DNA from: Escherichia phage FL38
Sequence record: PP400784
Strand: one strand, 5' to 3'
Length of the DNA stretch: 64,000 nucleotides
Part shown: in pieces, positions 17,104 to 26,702 of the stretch
Layout of the letters: each line of letters begins with the position of its first letter
How positions within the stretch are numbered: the stretch's first letter is position 1
The notes under the pieces: generated by a model
The model's input: only the letters and a program-made list of their open reading frames with translations
Database searches by the model: none
What the model was told of the DNA's origin: nothing
Translations under genes and position numbers: made by a program

Positions 17104-19212
17104 TTAAAATTTAACATTCTTAACCAGTTTCATAAAGTCTTGTGCGCGTTTGTCATTATGCAGAATACGATACCAGTTATCTACAATATCATACAGTAAC
17201 GGGCTATTCTCTTTAAACTTCGCACAAACTGCTTTAATTCGTTCGTTTGCTACCGTGAATTTTTCATCACAAATCTTTTTAGTTTCTTCGTCCATAATCC
17301 AACGAGTACGAAGGAGTAACTTGGAAACCTCTTTATTATAATGACGACCGTACAGTCTGTCAATAAATTCTGGAACACAGCGTTCTAGTTCATCGTCATG
17401 AAACAACATAGTGATCACACCCAGATATTCGCCATACCCCAGATGATTGGTCTTAACCTTCTTAGCCAGACCAGCCAGCTTACCGCGAACAAATTCTAGC
17501 GCACATTCCAATTGTTCGTCAACGAGATATTTTTGTGTCTCGTTTCGAGTAATAATATACTTTGTTACCCCGAAGTAGTCAAGCGCCGTGTGTAATGTAT
17601 TTTCACTATGGATCGATTTACGACTACGGCTTTCGAATGAATCACCTACGCGGAACATGTGCAAGCCTGATAACTCGCGAATCTCTGCCGCTTTCATGTG
17701 ATGGCTGGTTTTATTCCAACTGTCACCAATCTTTTCCATGATATACACGTTAGGCAGCTTAGGAGTCGCTTCACGTTGTGTACGCTCGGTCTTCTCCGGT
17801 TTAACTGCTTTAGCACGCAGATCATCGGCCTCAGAAACTTTAATCACGGTCATTTCAGAATCATCATAATACTGTTTGATGTACTCGAAAGTTTCCATAT
17901 GTTTTTCGTTGCGCTGACGGAACACCAATACCTTTTTATTGATTCCGTATTCCTGGACCATGCCGTTAAGAGTCAGTGCACGCAGTTTCGGTTTATCGGT
18001 ATCATCAATAAGACACGTAATATCTTCTTTATGCATCCATACAAAATGCGTAATGTTGTATTGACTGCTAACGAAAGCAGGGCGCAATTTACTGATTGTG
18101 TTACGAGTACGATATAGAGTATACACCTGACCTTCTACGTCATTTGGCGAATCTTTACCCGCATTCACAAACTTATTATAGATTGCTACCGGATCATCCC
18201 ACTGCCCGATCTTACCCATCTTGCTAATAATATTGCGTTGAGTCGATGAATACTCGCTCATAAATTGCGCAAGTTTACGCTCTGTTTTAATGTTGGCGAT
18301 CTTCTCTTTAACCTTTTCCAACATCATTTCATTGATTTCTGCAATACGTTTTTCGATGTTCGCTTTAGTCTCAATTGACAAGTGAACTTCTTCACGCGAT
18401 GGCATCAGGTCCAGATCACCCAACTCAAAATTAATGTAAATGGTCTGGTGCTGGCGGTTTACAGCTTCTAACCATGTTCCGCGAACATATTCATACGGGA
18501 TCGGATACTGGATCTTACCCATGATTGCATATACTACATAGGAATCGTTATCACGCCCATTACAAACATAATAATTATCAAAGCTAGGGAAATAATTAAT
18601 TTCGATTGCATTGATATTAGGTTTGTGTTCCCCAAAATGACGCAGTACAAATTGCGCTTCTCGATGCCATGTCTGAATGTCTTTTTCTTTCACTGGAATA
18701 GTGATTTTCAGACCATTGTCTTCATAGGTCGGTTCGTCGAAAATCTGCACCATTTTCGGCATAGAGTTTTGCACAAATGCCGTAAAGCCATAAGCGCGAC
18801 CATTGTAATAGTTTACGATTGTAAAGGTGTCAGTGTAGCTATAAGCAGATTTCGCACCTAAACCAAAAGACCCGATATAGTCATTAGTCTGGTCTTTTGT
18901 TGATTCAAAGTAAACCGTAAACAGTTGTTCTAATTCTTTCTTAGACGGAATACCAGTACCATAATCACGCACAGAAAAATACGGTTCGATTGCAGTCGGT
19001 AAATGAATATCAAACGGACGATCTAAGGTTCCGGCTTCTTTGTGAGTGTCGGTAGCATTGCACGAATACTCACGGACGCAAGCACGCTCACAATATTGAT
19101 AAGTGTTCTTAGAAAGCACCATAAAAGCCTTGCTACTTGCTTTCAGTGAAAAATCAACCGCACCGCTCAGGTCACTGCCAAATACTTCTTCATTATCAAT
19201 ATGCATTTTCAT
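17104..19212 (-). CDS. rIIA: rIIA protein (GHKL-type ATPase fold)
   Basis: 702 aa; ATP-lid motif GSFGLGAKSAYSYTDTFTI matches remembered T4 rIIA (GGFGLGSKSPFSYTDTFSI); RDYGTGI G1 box; adjacent to rIIB. Confidence 0.85.
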   Translation of the reverse strand: MKMHIDNEEVFGSDLSGAVDFSLKASSKAFMVLSKNTYQYCERACVREYSCNATDTHKEAGTLDRPFDIHLPTAIEPYFSVRDYGTGIPSKKELEQLFTVYFESTKDQTNDYIGSFGLGAKSAYSYTDTFTIVNYYNGRAYGFTAFVQNSMPKMVQIFDEPTYEDNGLKITIPVKEKDIQTWHREAQFVLRHFGEHKPNINAIEINYFPSFDNYYVCNGRDNDSYVVYAIMGKIQYPIPYEYVRGTWLEAVNRQHQTIYINFELGDLDLMPSREEVHLSIETKANIEKRIAEINEMMLEKVKEKIANIKTERKLAQFMSEYSSTQRNIISKMGKIGQWDDPVAIYNKFVNAGKDSPNDVEGQVYTLYRTRNTISKLRPAFVSSQYNITHFVWMHKEDITCLIDDTDKPKLRALTLNGMVQEYGINKKVLVFRQRNEKHMETFEYIKQYYDDSEMTVIKVSEADDLRAKAVKPEKTERTQREATPKLPNVYIMEKIGDSWNKTSHHMKAAEIRELSGLHMFRVGDSFESRSRKSIHSENTLHTALDYFGVTKYIITRNETQKYLVDEQLECALEFVRGKLAGLAKKVKTNHLGYGEYLGVITMLFHDDELERCVPEFIDRLYGRHYNKEVSKLLLRTRWIMDEETKKICDEKFTVANERIKAVCAKFKENSPLLYDIVDNWYRILHNDKRAQDFMKLVKNVKF

Positions 19213-19226
19213 AATATAATCCTCAC

Positions 19227-19484
19227 TTAATTAAAATCTTCTTTGTCCATCTCTGCGTAGATTACATCCCACGCCCATAAATCAATAAACGCATTATATG
19301 TCACGGTGCAATCGTTGTCAATCACTTCTTTCGCATATTTCTTGATGTTTTCGTAGGAAACTTGCGGGTCAATTTTGTGTTTACGAAGGTGCGCATATTC
19401 ATATCTCAGACATTTCATAAACAGGTCCATCGATTTCTTTTCTCGATGACACTTGGCGATCATAAAATCAAAACTTCGACTCAT
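19227..19484 (-). CDS. hypothetical protein, 85 aa
   Basis: ATG at 19484 with AAGGAG upstream. Confidence 0.4.
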   Translation of the reverse strand: MSRSFDFMIAKCHREKKSMDLFMKCLRYEYAHLRKHKIDPQVSYENIKKYAKEVIDNDCTVTYNAFIDLWAWDVIYAEMDKEDFN

Positions 19485-19495
19485 TTTTCTACTCC

Positions 19496-19690
19496 TTATA
19501 CATTTTCAATTACCCATTGCAGATGGGCTTCTGCGTCAACCAGTTCAGCGCGGCTTTTCTCTAAGCACTTGCTGTATTCTTTACGTTCCCACTCGGCAAT
19601 TTCGTTTTTCAGGACTTCTTCATAGTAAGCAATTACGCCTTTCAGGTCTGAAACTTTACGGCTTGCCAATTCGATGTAATGGTTACGCAT
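19496..19690 (-). CDS. hypothetical protein, 64 aa
   Basis: ATG at 19690 with GGAGAATCAAA upstream. Confidence 0.35.
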   Translation of the reverse strand: MRNHYIELASRKVSDLKGVIAYYEEVLKNEIAEWERKEYSKCLEKSRAELVDAEAHLQWVIENV

Positions 19691-19877
19691 TTTGATTCTC
19701 CTTTGTTACTAGATAACGAATTTGGTCTTGCATTGCGATCAGTTCCCAGCGTGCTACTTTCATCATGGAAACTGACTCTTTGAACATAATATTAGCTTTT
19801 TCCTTCTCCCCTGTCAAGTAGATTTCTGCAATTTTTTCACAAAATTTTTGAGTTTCTTCATTCTTAAACGGTTTCAT
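19683..19877 (-). CDS. hypothetical protein, about 64 aa
   Basis: Start moved to ATG 19877 (track start is TTG); own promoter. Confidence 0.35.
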   Translation of the reverse strand: MKPFKNEETQKFCEKIAEIYLTGEKEKANIMFKESVSMMKVARWELIAMQDQIRYLVTKENQNA

Positions 19878-19907
19878 ATAAGTCAACCTTTTGTTTTCGA
19901 TGGGGAC

Positions 19908-19936
19908 ATTATGATATATCCCCGATCCAGTGTCAA
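19908..19936 (-). promoter_or_regulatory. early promoter TTGACA-N17-CATAAT with GGGGA..TCCCC inverted repeat over the -10
   Basis: Drives 19683..19877. Confidence 0.55.
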
Positions 19937-19943
19937 CAGATTT

Positions 19944-20243
19944 TTAATCTTTTTTCAATGCATCCATTACTCGCTCTGCGATCAGTTCTCGTAAGCACTG
20001 ATAACCATGATATTTGATGGCAATGTCACGCAGATCATTAACCAGTTCCCGTACTTCATGGTCTTTCAGATCGTCTCTGTATTTCGATTTAACCGTGTCT
20101 TTAGGTGGATTGTGGATAACCTGAAAACCTTGTTCTGCAATCACTGCGGCTTCTCGCTGGCGTTCATGTTGTACTGTATTTTTGATCAGGTCTACTTCCA
20201 TGAACTTTGTCATGCTCATCATCATGTTATTCTTTTTGCTCAT
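19944..20243 (-). CDS. hypothetical protein, about 99 aa
   Basis: Start set to ATG 20243 (GAGGA upstream), downstream of the promoter; the track ORF runs further upstream through the promoter. Confidence 0.35.
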   Translation of the reverse strand: MSKKNNMMMSMTKFMEVDLIKNTVQHERQREAAVIAEQGFQVIHNPPKDTVKSKYRDDLKDHEVRELVNDLRDIAIKYHGYQCLRELIAERVMDALKKD

Positions 20244-20277
20244 TATTAAATCCTCATAAACGAAAAGGGAGACTCCC

Positions 20278-20305
20278 ATTATAGAGAATCTCCCTTGTAT
20301 GTCAA
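20278..20305 (-). promoter_or_regulatory. early promoter TTGACA-N16-TATAAT followed by palindrome GGGAGTCTCCC
   Basis: Immediately downstream of the gp39 stop; drives 19944..20243. Confidence 0.55.
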
Positions 20306-20308
20306 GTG

Positions 20309-22132
20309 TTATGATTGCATCCAAATTTTGCGGCGGTCTGAATCTTCGCTATAGAGCAAATCGAATAGCTCTTTATAGTTTTCCGGTAACGTGATGATTT
20401 CCATTACAGGATCGTTGATCACGCGATGATAATCTGATTCTGTAAGAGATGCTAACCCTTTGATATATCGAATGCTATAACCTTTGATATTATCTCGGTC
20501 GTTCTCGAAATCTTCTAGGTCATAATACCATCGAACATCATCACCTTTCTTTGGTTCCGCAATGATAATAGGTGTTTTGATAAACCGGATTCGTCCATCT
20601 TCGAACAATTCAGGCCAACGTGCAAAGAAAGAGATCAGACTAGGTTTAATAGACCCGATCCCGTCAGTATCAGCGTCTGTCATAATCGCAATATTTTTGT
20701 ATTGCATAACTTCCAATGCATCAACACCAAATTGCAAACCAGTGATCGCCATGATGTTAAAAATTTCGGCGTTCTTAACGATCTTTGCCTCCGGTTGTTC
20801 CCACGTTGTAAGAGTTTTGCCTCGCAACGGGAAACCTCCATGTAAATCTGGATCACGTACAGAGACCAGATAGTTGATCGCGGAATCACCTTCCGTCAAA
20901 AACAGGGTAGTTTCTGCGTCAGTTCCAATAAGGTTAGCTTTAACGTGTTTTGCTACCTTAGCCCGTTTCGCTGCTTTGGCTGCCTTAGTCGCTGCCGCTT
21001 TATCTGCTGCCTCTTTGCGTGCCAGGACTACAGCAATAATAGGCATGATAATGTTTTCTTTCTTCGCAATGACTTTAGCCAGCTTTTTAAAATCAAGATC
21101 AATATGACGCTTGATATCACCAGTTGGATTAGTCAATCGTTCTTTTGTCTGTGAATCAAAACGAAGGTTAGGCAATTCACGAACAATAAGAATACAGGTC
21201 AATCCAGACTTAACCGCAGCTTTAGTAACATCAACCTTATGTTCTTTCTTGATTCGTTTTACAATCTCTTCACAAAGATCATCTGTCACGTAGTCTACGT
21301 GTGTTCCCCCGTTTTTGGTAAACAGACCATTAGCAAAGGATACTGATTTAAAACCTTCTCCCTCGACCGCAGGAACTAGGGCAAGTGAAAAGTTTTTATC
21401 TTCAATGACAAACGGATCATCATTGTATAGTTTAGCATAATCCTTGAACTTACTAACAATACGTTTACCATTAAACTTAAACGTGATCTTAGGAAAGATT
21501 ACGCTCAATGATTGCAGACGATCATGAACAATATCTAAAACAGAGTTGTCCATCATATAACCTTCGAAGTGGTCGAAGTCTGGACAAAATGTAACCTTCG
21601 TTCCCTTCAATTTTGATGGTTTTGATGACCATGTGATATTTTCAGCCCCGTTTGTGCATTGAACGGTCATTTCTGTTTCACCATCACAGGTCACACCAGT
21701 AAACCAATCGCTAAAGAAATTTGACAACGACGACCCCACACCGTTCATCCCTTGCGTTAATCGATTGGTATCATCAAAGTTAGACCCTGCTTTTGTTCGT
21801 GTCCATGCGGCTACAGGTTGCGGAATCTGCGTACCCTCTGGGGTAGTAACCATATGTTGAGGAATACCGCGACCATTGTCTGTTACCGTAACAATATTGT
21901 TTTGGATATCGACGCTAATCACATTGGCAAATTCAAAGTTAGTGCGGATCGCCTCGTCTACAGAGTTGTCGATGATCTCATCAATGATTTTAACCAGTCC
22001 AGGAACATATGAAATTTTTGTCCACTTACCGAACAGGAAACGTTGATGTTCTTCGTAAGTTGTTGATCCTATATACATTCCTGCACGCTTAAGGACATGT
22101 TCACGATCAGATAAAATGCGAAACTCACTCAT
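20309..22132 (-). CDS. 39: DNA topoisomerase II large subunit, GyrB-like ATPase; genes 39 and 60 as one uninterrupted ORF (607 aa)
   Basis: Long colinear match to remembered T4 gp39 (KRAGMYIGS, VPGLVK.IDEIIDNSVDE, DNGRGIP, GGNF, GMNGVGSSL, DSQTKERLT, LFLTEGDSA); extends through the region that is gene 60 in T4. Confidence 0.95.
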   Translation of the reverse strand: MSEFRILSDREHVLKRAGMYIGSTTYEEHQRFLFGKWTKISYVPGLVKIIDEIIDNSVDEAIRTNFEFANVISVDIQNNIVTVTDNGRGIPQHMVTTPEGTQIPQPVAAWTRTKAGSNFDDTNRLTQGMNGVGSSLSNFFSDWFTGVTCDGETEMTVQCTNGAENITWSSKPSKLKGTKVTFCPDFDHFEGYMMDNSVLDIVHDRLQSLSVIFPKITFKFNGKRIVSKFKDYAKLYNDDPFVIEDKNFSLALVPAVEGEGFKSVSFANGLFTKNGGTHVDYVTDDLCEEIVKRIKKEHKVDVTKAAVKSGLTCILIVRELPNLRFDSQTKERLTNPTGDIKRHIDLDFKKLAKVIAKKENIIMPIIAVVLARKEAADKAAATKAAKAAKRAKVAKHVKANLIGTDAETTLFLTEGDSAINYLVSVRDPDLHGGFPLRGKTLTTWEQPEAKIVKNAEIFNIMAITGLQFGVDALEVMQYKNIAIMTDADTDGIGSIKPSLISFFARWPELFEDGRIRFIKTPIIIAEPKKGDDVRWYYDLEDFENDRDNIKGYSIRYIKGLASLTESDYHRVINDPVMEIITLPENYKELFDLLYSEDSDRRKIWMQS

Positions 22133-22231
22133 TATTAAACCTCTTCATAACATAACCATAACTTACTGCAACCGCCACAAAGACGGCTGCAACAATCATA
22201 TTAAAAATTGAGTGATTGTCAAGTATATGAC

Positions 22232-22405
22232 TCATGACACGCGCACATTTTTATCATAGTACCCGCCATTAATCCCGCGCGGGGCAGTTAATCCCTGTTT
22301 GCATTCTTTACCACATTCAGGGCATTCTGCCTTTTCACGTTCGGAAATTTTGCGGATTTTCTGAAATTGACCGTGTTCTTCACAAGAATAATCATATAAT
22401 GGCAT
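22232..22405 (-). CDS. FmdB-like zinc-ribbon protein, 57 aa
   Basis: Start moved to ATG 22405 (AAGGGG upstream), directly after the dexA stop; MPLYDYSCEEHG...CPECGKEC resembles the FmdB zinc-ribbon family. Confidence 0.4.
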   Translation of the reverse strand: MPLYDYSCEEHGQFQKIRKISEREKAECPECGKECKQGLTAPRGINGGYYDKNVRVS

Positions 22406-22406
22406 A

Positions 22407-23075
22407 TTATCCCCTTTGTTTCTTAACTGAATTTGGATCTGGATTTTCTGGTAGGTCTTCCAGACCCATAGCATAACGTTGTGCATAGATTAGCATAAGA
22501 ATATCGCGAGCGCAATCATGAATTGCATCATGTGCGATAAAACCATCTAGCGTACCCATTGGTAACGGACACTCACACATCCCGCGATGCATCAATGTAC
22601 GCTCAATGGCGGTGCGAACATCTCGGATATTCCAGAATCGCACAGGTTCAAGGCTGAACGTCTCTCGTGTATTGTGTGCACGTCGAATCATATCAACTAG
22701 TAATGGAATATCAAACGCATTACCGCGTGACCACATTACGGATTTAACCGGATCTACCCCTACGGATTCACAGAATGCGTTAAAACGCGCTAAACCTTCT
22801 TTAGTTGATACTTCCGTACCATTTGTGATTAATTGCTTTCTCATGCCTTCTGAGGCGGTATTCTTCCACCATTCAACCACACCATGATCAAACACCCTTA
22901 CACCTTTCTGGGAAGGAATATCAAATTTTACCAGAAAGGAATTGTCAACCAGTTCTTTAAATGTAGGTGGATTGTGCGGATCTTCTTTAAATCCGATTGC
23001 CGCCATATTGATAACCGCCCCATCAGGCGGATAACCTAAACTTTCAAAGTCAATCATTAAATCCACTGGAAGCAT
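22407..23075 (-). CDS. dexA: exonuclease A (DexA), DEDDh-type 3'-5' exonuclease
   Basis: Start set to ATG 23075 (GGAGGA upstream); N-terminal IDFESLG exonuclease motif; size about 222 aa, close to T4 DexA; position between gp39 and dda. Confidence 0.75.
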   Translation of the reverse strand: MLPVDLMIDFESLGYPPDGAVINMAAIGFKEDPHNPPTFKELVDNSFLVKFDIPSQKGVRVFDHGVVEWWKNTASEGMRKQLITNGTEVSTKEGLARFNAFCESVGVDPVKSVMWSRGNAFDIPLLVDMIRRAHNTRETFSLEPVRFWNIRDVRTAIERTLMHRGMCECPLPMGTLDGFIAHDAIHDCARDILMLIYAQRYAMGLEDLPENPDPNSVKKQRG

Positions 23076-23076
23076 G

Positions 23077-23319
23077 TTAAATATCCTCCGCGATGTGCCG
23101 GAACAACTCCAGATCGTTTTTATCCAGAATGAAACCGCTACAATCAATAATCCCGTTACCGTAATTATCGGTTAACAGTCGTTCCGTTGCCATGTATGCG
23201 CGTACTTTGTTGTTAAAATTCATTACATGTTGTGCATAGTCACAATGAATCTTTTGACGGTTCCACGCGACAATTGATTGTAGATGTATTACATTAGCCA
23301 CATTATTAATAACAACCAT
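23077..23319 (-). CDS. hypothetical protein, 80 aa
   Basis: Start moved to ATG 23319; the upstream part of the track ORF belongs to the neighbouring small gene in another frame. Confidence 0.35.
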   Translation of the reverse strand: MVVINNVANVIHLQSIVAWNRQKIHCDYAQHVMNFNNKVRAYMATERLLTDNYGNGIIDCSGFILDKNDLELFRHIAEDI

Positions 23320-23320
23320 A

Positions 23321-23497
23321 TCAAAACCCTCGCTTAGTGGAATGTTCTGGCATTTTATTGATACATTCAGCTTGGTAGTCACGAGATTTTTTTGACGAAT
23401 TAAGAGCTACAGCCAAAAAATCCTGTAACTGTTCGTTTGTCATTTTTGGCTTACACCGCGTATCTAAACCCTTCGTTCTTCTAGCTTCATTAGCCAT
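23321..23497 (-). CDS. hypothetical small protein, 58 aa (not in track); paralog of 23499..23666
   Basis: ATG 23497 with GAGG upstream; ends AECINKMPEHSTKRGF; shares a roughly 52-bp near-identical module with the next gene. Confidence 0.3.
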   Translation of the reverse strand: MANEARRTKGLDTRCKPKMTNEQLQDFLAVALNSSKKSRDYQAECINKMPEHSTKRGF

Positions 23498-23498
23498 A

Positions 23499-23666
23499 TC
23501 AAAAACCTCGCTTAGTGAAATGCTCGATCATTTTATTGATACATGCAGCTTCACTATCGCCGGACACGTTCCAGCCGTATAGACCCCATCTAAAGCACAT
23601 GGTAACAGTTCCATTGTGACGGCTTACCGTCACATCATTAAATTCTGGGATACTTCGCATAATCAT
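23499..23666 (-). CDS. hypothetical small protein, 55 aa (not in track)
   Basis: ATG 23666 preceded by GAGGAAA overlapping the dda stop; ends AACINKMIEHFTKRGF. Confidence 0.3.
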   Translation of the reverse strand: MIMRSIPEFNDVTVSRHNGTVTMCFRWGLYGWNVSGDSEAACINKMIEHFTKRGF

Positions 23667-23676
23667 AATAATTTCC

Positions 23677-25068
23677 TCAAATATAGTCTACTCGATACCT
23701 CGCACGGGTAACACCCACATATAATAACTGCATTGCCAATTCAAAGTCAACATTGTCTGTACACATGCAAGGAGTATACAGGAACACGCGGTCTACGCTG
23801 ATCCCTTGTGACTTATGAATGGTGCAAGCTGGTAATGCTTTTACATTCAAGAACATACGCTTCATCGTCCAGAAGGAATCCCAATCTGGTTTAAATTTTG
23901 GATTCTCTTTCTTCATTTCGCGATATTGTCCGGCGACCGTATTCAGATAGATAGAGAAAATGTTCTTCTGACGTTGTTCTGTCAGAATGTTGATTTCTAC
24001 TAAATCTGGTTTATCTGTAGTGATTCCGACTGCATCTAAACCGACTTTCTGATTTAGGATTTCTTTGTCTTCGTCATCATCGACGCTTTCCACTTTCAGA
24101 GTATATCCTAAAACTGGTTGCGGATCTACCCCCGTGCAACGTAATGTAAATTCACGCGGGATGACCTCTTTAACTCGGATCATCTCACCATTGTTAAAAA
24201 TAACATTGGGAATCTTCTTCCCGCGTTCATCTCGCAGATATTCGATCAATGGTTCCTGAGTAACCAGAATTTCATCTACAATCACTGGTTCATCGGTGTT
24301 ATAAACGCGCTTACGTACAATTTCATTGAGTTTTTCGACGCTCTTGTTAGTGTAGGCCAGAATACGGTTTTCTAGAAGGTCTTCCGGCGTTTTAACGGTT
24401 TCGAAATAATGCTTCATAAACTCCGGCAGAGTTGAGCTATGGAATACACCCTCGTTACCGCACTGCTTTTCGAATACCCATTTACCATTACGGACAGCGG
24501 TCGCCACATCAATTATTGGAGCATTAGATCGTTTAATCTCTGTAAGTTCTACATTCTGAAACCTTTCATCGGTGAAGAAAGGAGAGATCGACGTTGCACC
24601 GCTCGGATCAACTGGTCGTAACTGGTTCAGATCACCCACGGCAATAATAACAATTCGACCGTTGATACTCTTCATGAGAATATCAAATAGTTTCTTATCG
24701 ACCATACTCGCTTCATCAACAATGATGATCTGAACATCATCTAGCTTAGGAGTATCTTTTTGCTCAAATACTTGAGTATCTTCATAGTTGGTCGGGTTTA
24801 GTCGCAGTAGTGCATGTAAAGTAAATGCTTGACGACCTACCGCTTTACTCAAAACTTTTTTAGCCTGGTGGGTAGGCGTTGCCAAAACCACACCAGTTAC
24901 CCCACGACGGACCATTTCCTGAACAATGAATTTCATCATTGCGGTTTTACCAGTACCCGCCGCACCACGGACAGTTGTATGCTTCTTTTGTTCAATACGT
25001 TTCATTAGAACATCAAAAGCATGTTTTTGCCCGTCTGTTAACATATCGAAAGTTAATACTCTGCTCAT
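23677..25068 (-). CDS. dda: Dda DNA helicase (SF1)
   Basis: Colinear match to remembered T4 Dda (GAAGTGKT, ATPTH.AKK.LSK, IIVDE.SM, LTE.KRSNAPIIDVAT.VRNGKW, ALPA.T.HK.QG.SVDR, LLYVGVTR.RY.V). Confidence 0.9.
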   Translation of the reverse strand: MSRVLTFDMLTDGQKHAFDVLMKRIEQKKHTTVRGAAGTGKTAMMKFIVQEMVRRGVTGVVLATPTHQAKKVLSKAVGRQAFTLHALLRLNPTNYEDTQVFEQKDTPKLDDVQIIIVDEASMVDKKLFDILMKSINGRIVIIAVGDLNQLRPVDPSGATSISPFFTDERFQNVELTEIKRSNAPIIDVATAVRNGKWVFEKQCGNEGVFHSSTLPEFMKHYFETVKTPEDLLENRILAYTNKSVEKLNEIVRKRVYNTDEPVIVDEILVTQEPLIEYLRDERGKKIPNVIFNNGEMIRVKEVIPREFTLRCTGVDPQPVLGYTLKVESVDDDEDKEILNQKVGLDAVGITTDKPDLVEINILTEQRQKNIFSIYLNTVAGQYREMKKENPKFKPDWDSFWTMKRMFLNVKALPACTIHKSQGISVDRVFLYTPCMCTDNVDFELAMQLLYVGVTRARYRVDYI

Positions 25069-25382
25069 TATCCTAAAATCCTCACCTTGCGAACACAGAT
25101 AGTATTGAGTTCTCGCCGTACCCGTTCTTTTTCATATTCAGGAATTTTATATTCGATACCATCCCGAACAATTTCAGAAGACCGGATTATGCCAAATTTT
25201 CGTTTAGGTACAACCTTGTATTTCGGTTCACCCGCCAATAGACTCTCACAATAATCTATCTGATCACACATTGACGCTAACGCAGCATCATGTGTTTCGC
25301 AAGTTAGGACGCGACCCTTCGCGTCCACTGAGTATTGAAAGAATCCGTCTTTATCACGATAACATACAGCAAATACATGCAT
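25068..25382 (-). CDS. hypothetical protein, 104 aa (dda.1 position)
   Basis: ATG at 25382; stop overlaps the dda start (TAATG). Confidence 0.4.
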   Translation of the reverse strand: MHVFAVCYRDKDGFFQYSVDAKGRVLTCETHDAALASMCDQIDYCESLLAGEPKYKVVPKRKFGIIRSSEIVRDGIEYKIPEYEKERVRRELNTICVRKVRILG

Positions 25383-26137
25383 TATAAACCTACCTTCGCT
25401 TTCATCAATTCAATCCACGACGCATCAATCGGAAGCCCGTATTTCACGCGTTCTTTTTGTGCTGGCGTTAAGTTCTCATACTTAGAAAGAGATTCAATCA
25501 AAACGCTGGTATATTTTAGCACGATTTCGGTATTGTTTGCAATAGCCTTAAGTTTTTCTTCTTTCTTGTTGATTTCGCTAAGTGCTTGCTTGAGATCTGC
25601 AATTTTCTGATAACGTTCTTCCATACGGAAGAGAGTATTTTTAATCGCTCGCTCGGCTGCCTCTGCTTTCTCCGGTTCGTTGTGCTTTTTATGGCGCTCG
25701 ATTGCTAATTTCTTTTCTTCGATTGCCATTTCCTGATTTTTGATGCGATTCTCGTTAAGTTCGATCCACTCGATGTACTTCGCACGTAGGGCAATTTCAT
25801 CATCAGAAAGTTTACCGTTAGTTCCTAGTTCCTGGATCTCTTTAAGAGATTCGATAGTGTGATTGCCACGGAAAGAATTGTATTTCAGTTTAACCGGAAT
25901 TACATTGCCATCAACATATCCCAGATTGCAATCAATGCGCTCTAAGGAGAGTCCGTCATCACCTTCACCGAAAGCCTCACCTGAATAGGCACAATGAGTC
26001 TGACGGTAAATGTTACGAACAGTGACTAAGCTCATAGAGAAGTCTTTGTTGCGACGTGAAGCACCAGCCATGATAGAGTTCAGCCGGAAAACAACCAGCG
26101 CCAATTCTTCGTTAGATTTAAAAGCAAACAGTTTCAT
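25382..26137 (-). CDS. hypothetical protein with a degenerate HNH-like motif and coiled-coil C-terminus, 251 aa
   Basis: ATG 26137 after AAGGAGAATCAATT; CAYSGEAF...LERID...GNVIPV...NSFRGN resembles an HNH core that has lost its zinc and histidine ligands; syntenic with the srd region of T4. Confidence 0.35.
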   Translation of the reverse strand: MKLFAFKSNEELALVVFRLNSIMAGASRRNKDFSMSLVTVRNIYRQTHCAYSGEAFGEGDDGLSLERIDCNLGYVDGNVIPVKLKYNSFRGNHTIESLKEIQELGTNGKLSDDEIALRAKYIEWIELNENRIKNQEMAIEEKKLAIERHKKHNEPEKAEAAERAIKNTLFRMEERYQKIADLKQALSEINKKEEKLKAIANNTEIVLKYTSVLIESLSKYENLTPAQKERVKYGLPIDASWIELMKAKVGL

Positions 26138-26165
26138 AATTGATTCTCCTTAGTTGGTATGTGTG

Positions 26166-26195
26166 TATTATTGTCTATCTGGTTTGTGCTGTCAA
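26166..26195 (-). promoter_or_regulatory. early promoter TTGACA-N17/18-(A)ATAAT
   Basis: Drives 25382..26137. Confidence 0.5.
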
Positions 26196-26198
26196 CAC

Positions 26199-26702
26199 TT
26201 AAATTAAAGAAAATTTGTAAATCTCTATCCGATCGCCATTACACGCGTAAACTTCCTCGATCTCATCAAGGATCATGGTCGTCCCTGTCTTGTATATGCA
26301 CTCGCGCTCATCTGCCAACATAGCATACAAAGACAGTCGAGTAGTCGGATTGTCATACTCTTTAGACACCACTCGGTCAATAGCATGTTCGTAATAATTC
26401 ATGCAAGGCTTGGTAGGTTTTATTGCAATAATCTTTCCTGTTGCATAAACATCGGTCGCAAAGTCCTCTGCTGTTGATTGCAGTGGCGTAAAGCTCATAG
26501 GACGCTCTACAACGAAAGAATCGCCTACAATTAAGGTATCCAGCTTACGACCTTCTCTTTTGCTCACACCGCGATACAAGGCTTCATGATGCACTAACCG
26601 CTCAGTCTTTTCGATCAATCCATTAAGGATCGACATATCGATATTTTCTTTAGAGTTCATCACTTCATCAATGATGTTAAGTTCTTCTGGTGTAAATTGC
26701 AT
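26199..26702 (-). CDS. mono-ADP-ribosyltransferase, ModA/ModB-like (R-S-E class), 167 aa
   Basis: ART triad in the right order and spacing: R in ALYRGVS, S-x-T in PMSFTP, E-x-E in ADERECIY; T4 modA/modB position between dda and gene 56. Confidence 0.55.
   Translation of the reverse strand: MQFTPEELNIIDEVMNSKENIDMSILNGLIEKTERLVHHEALYRGVSKREGRKLDTLIVGDSFVVERPMSFTPLQSTAEDFATDVYATGKIIAIKPTKPCMNYYEHAIDRVVSKEYDNPTTRLSLYAMLADERECIYKTGTTMILDEIEEVYACNGDRIEIYKFSLI

Noticed and set aside
20309-22132. Looked for the gene 60 translational bypass (hop) element and a split 39/60 arrangement as in T4
   Set aside because: The topoisomerase large subunit is one continuous 607-aa ORF covering both parts; no interruption is present.
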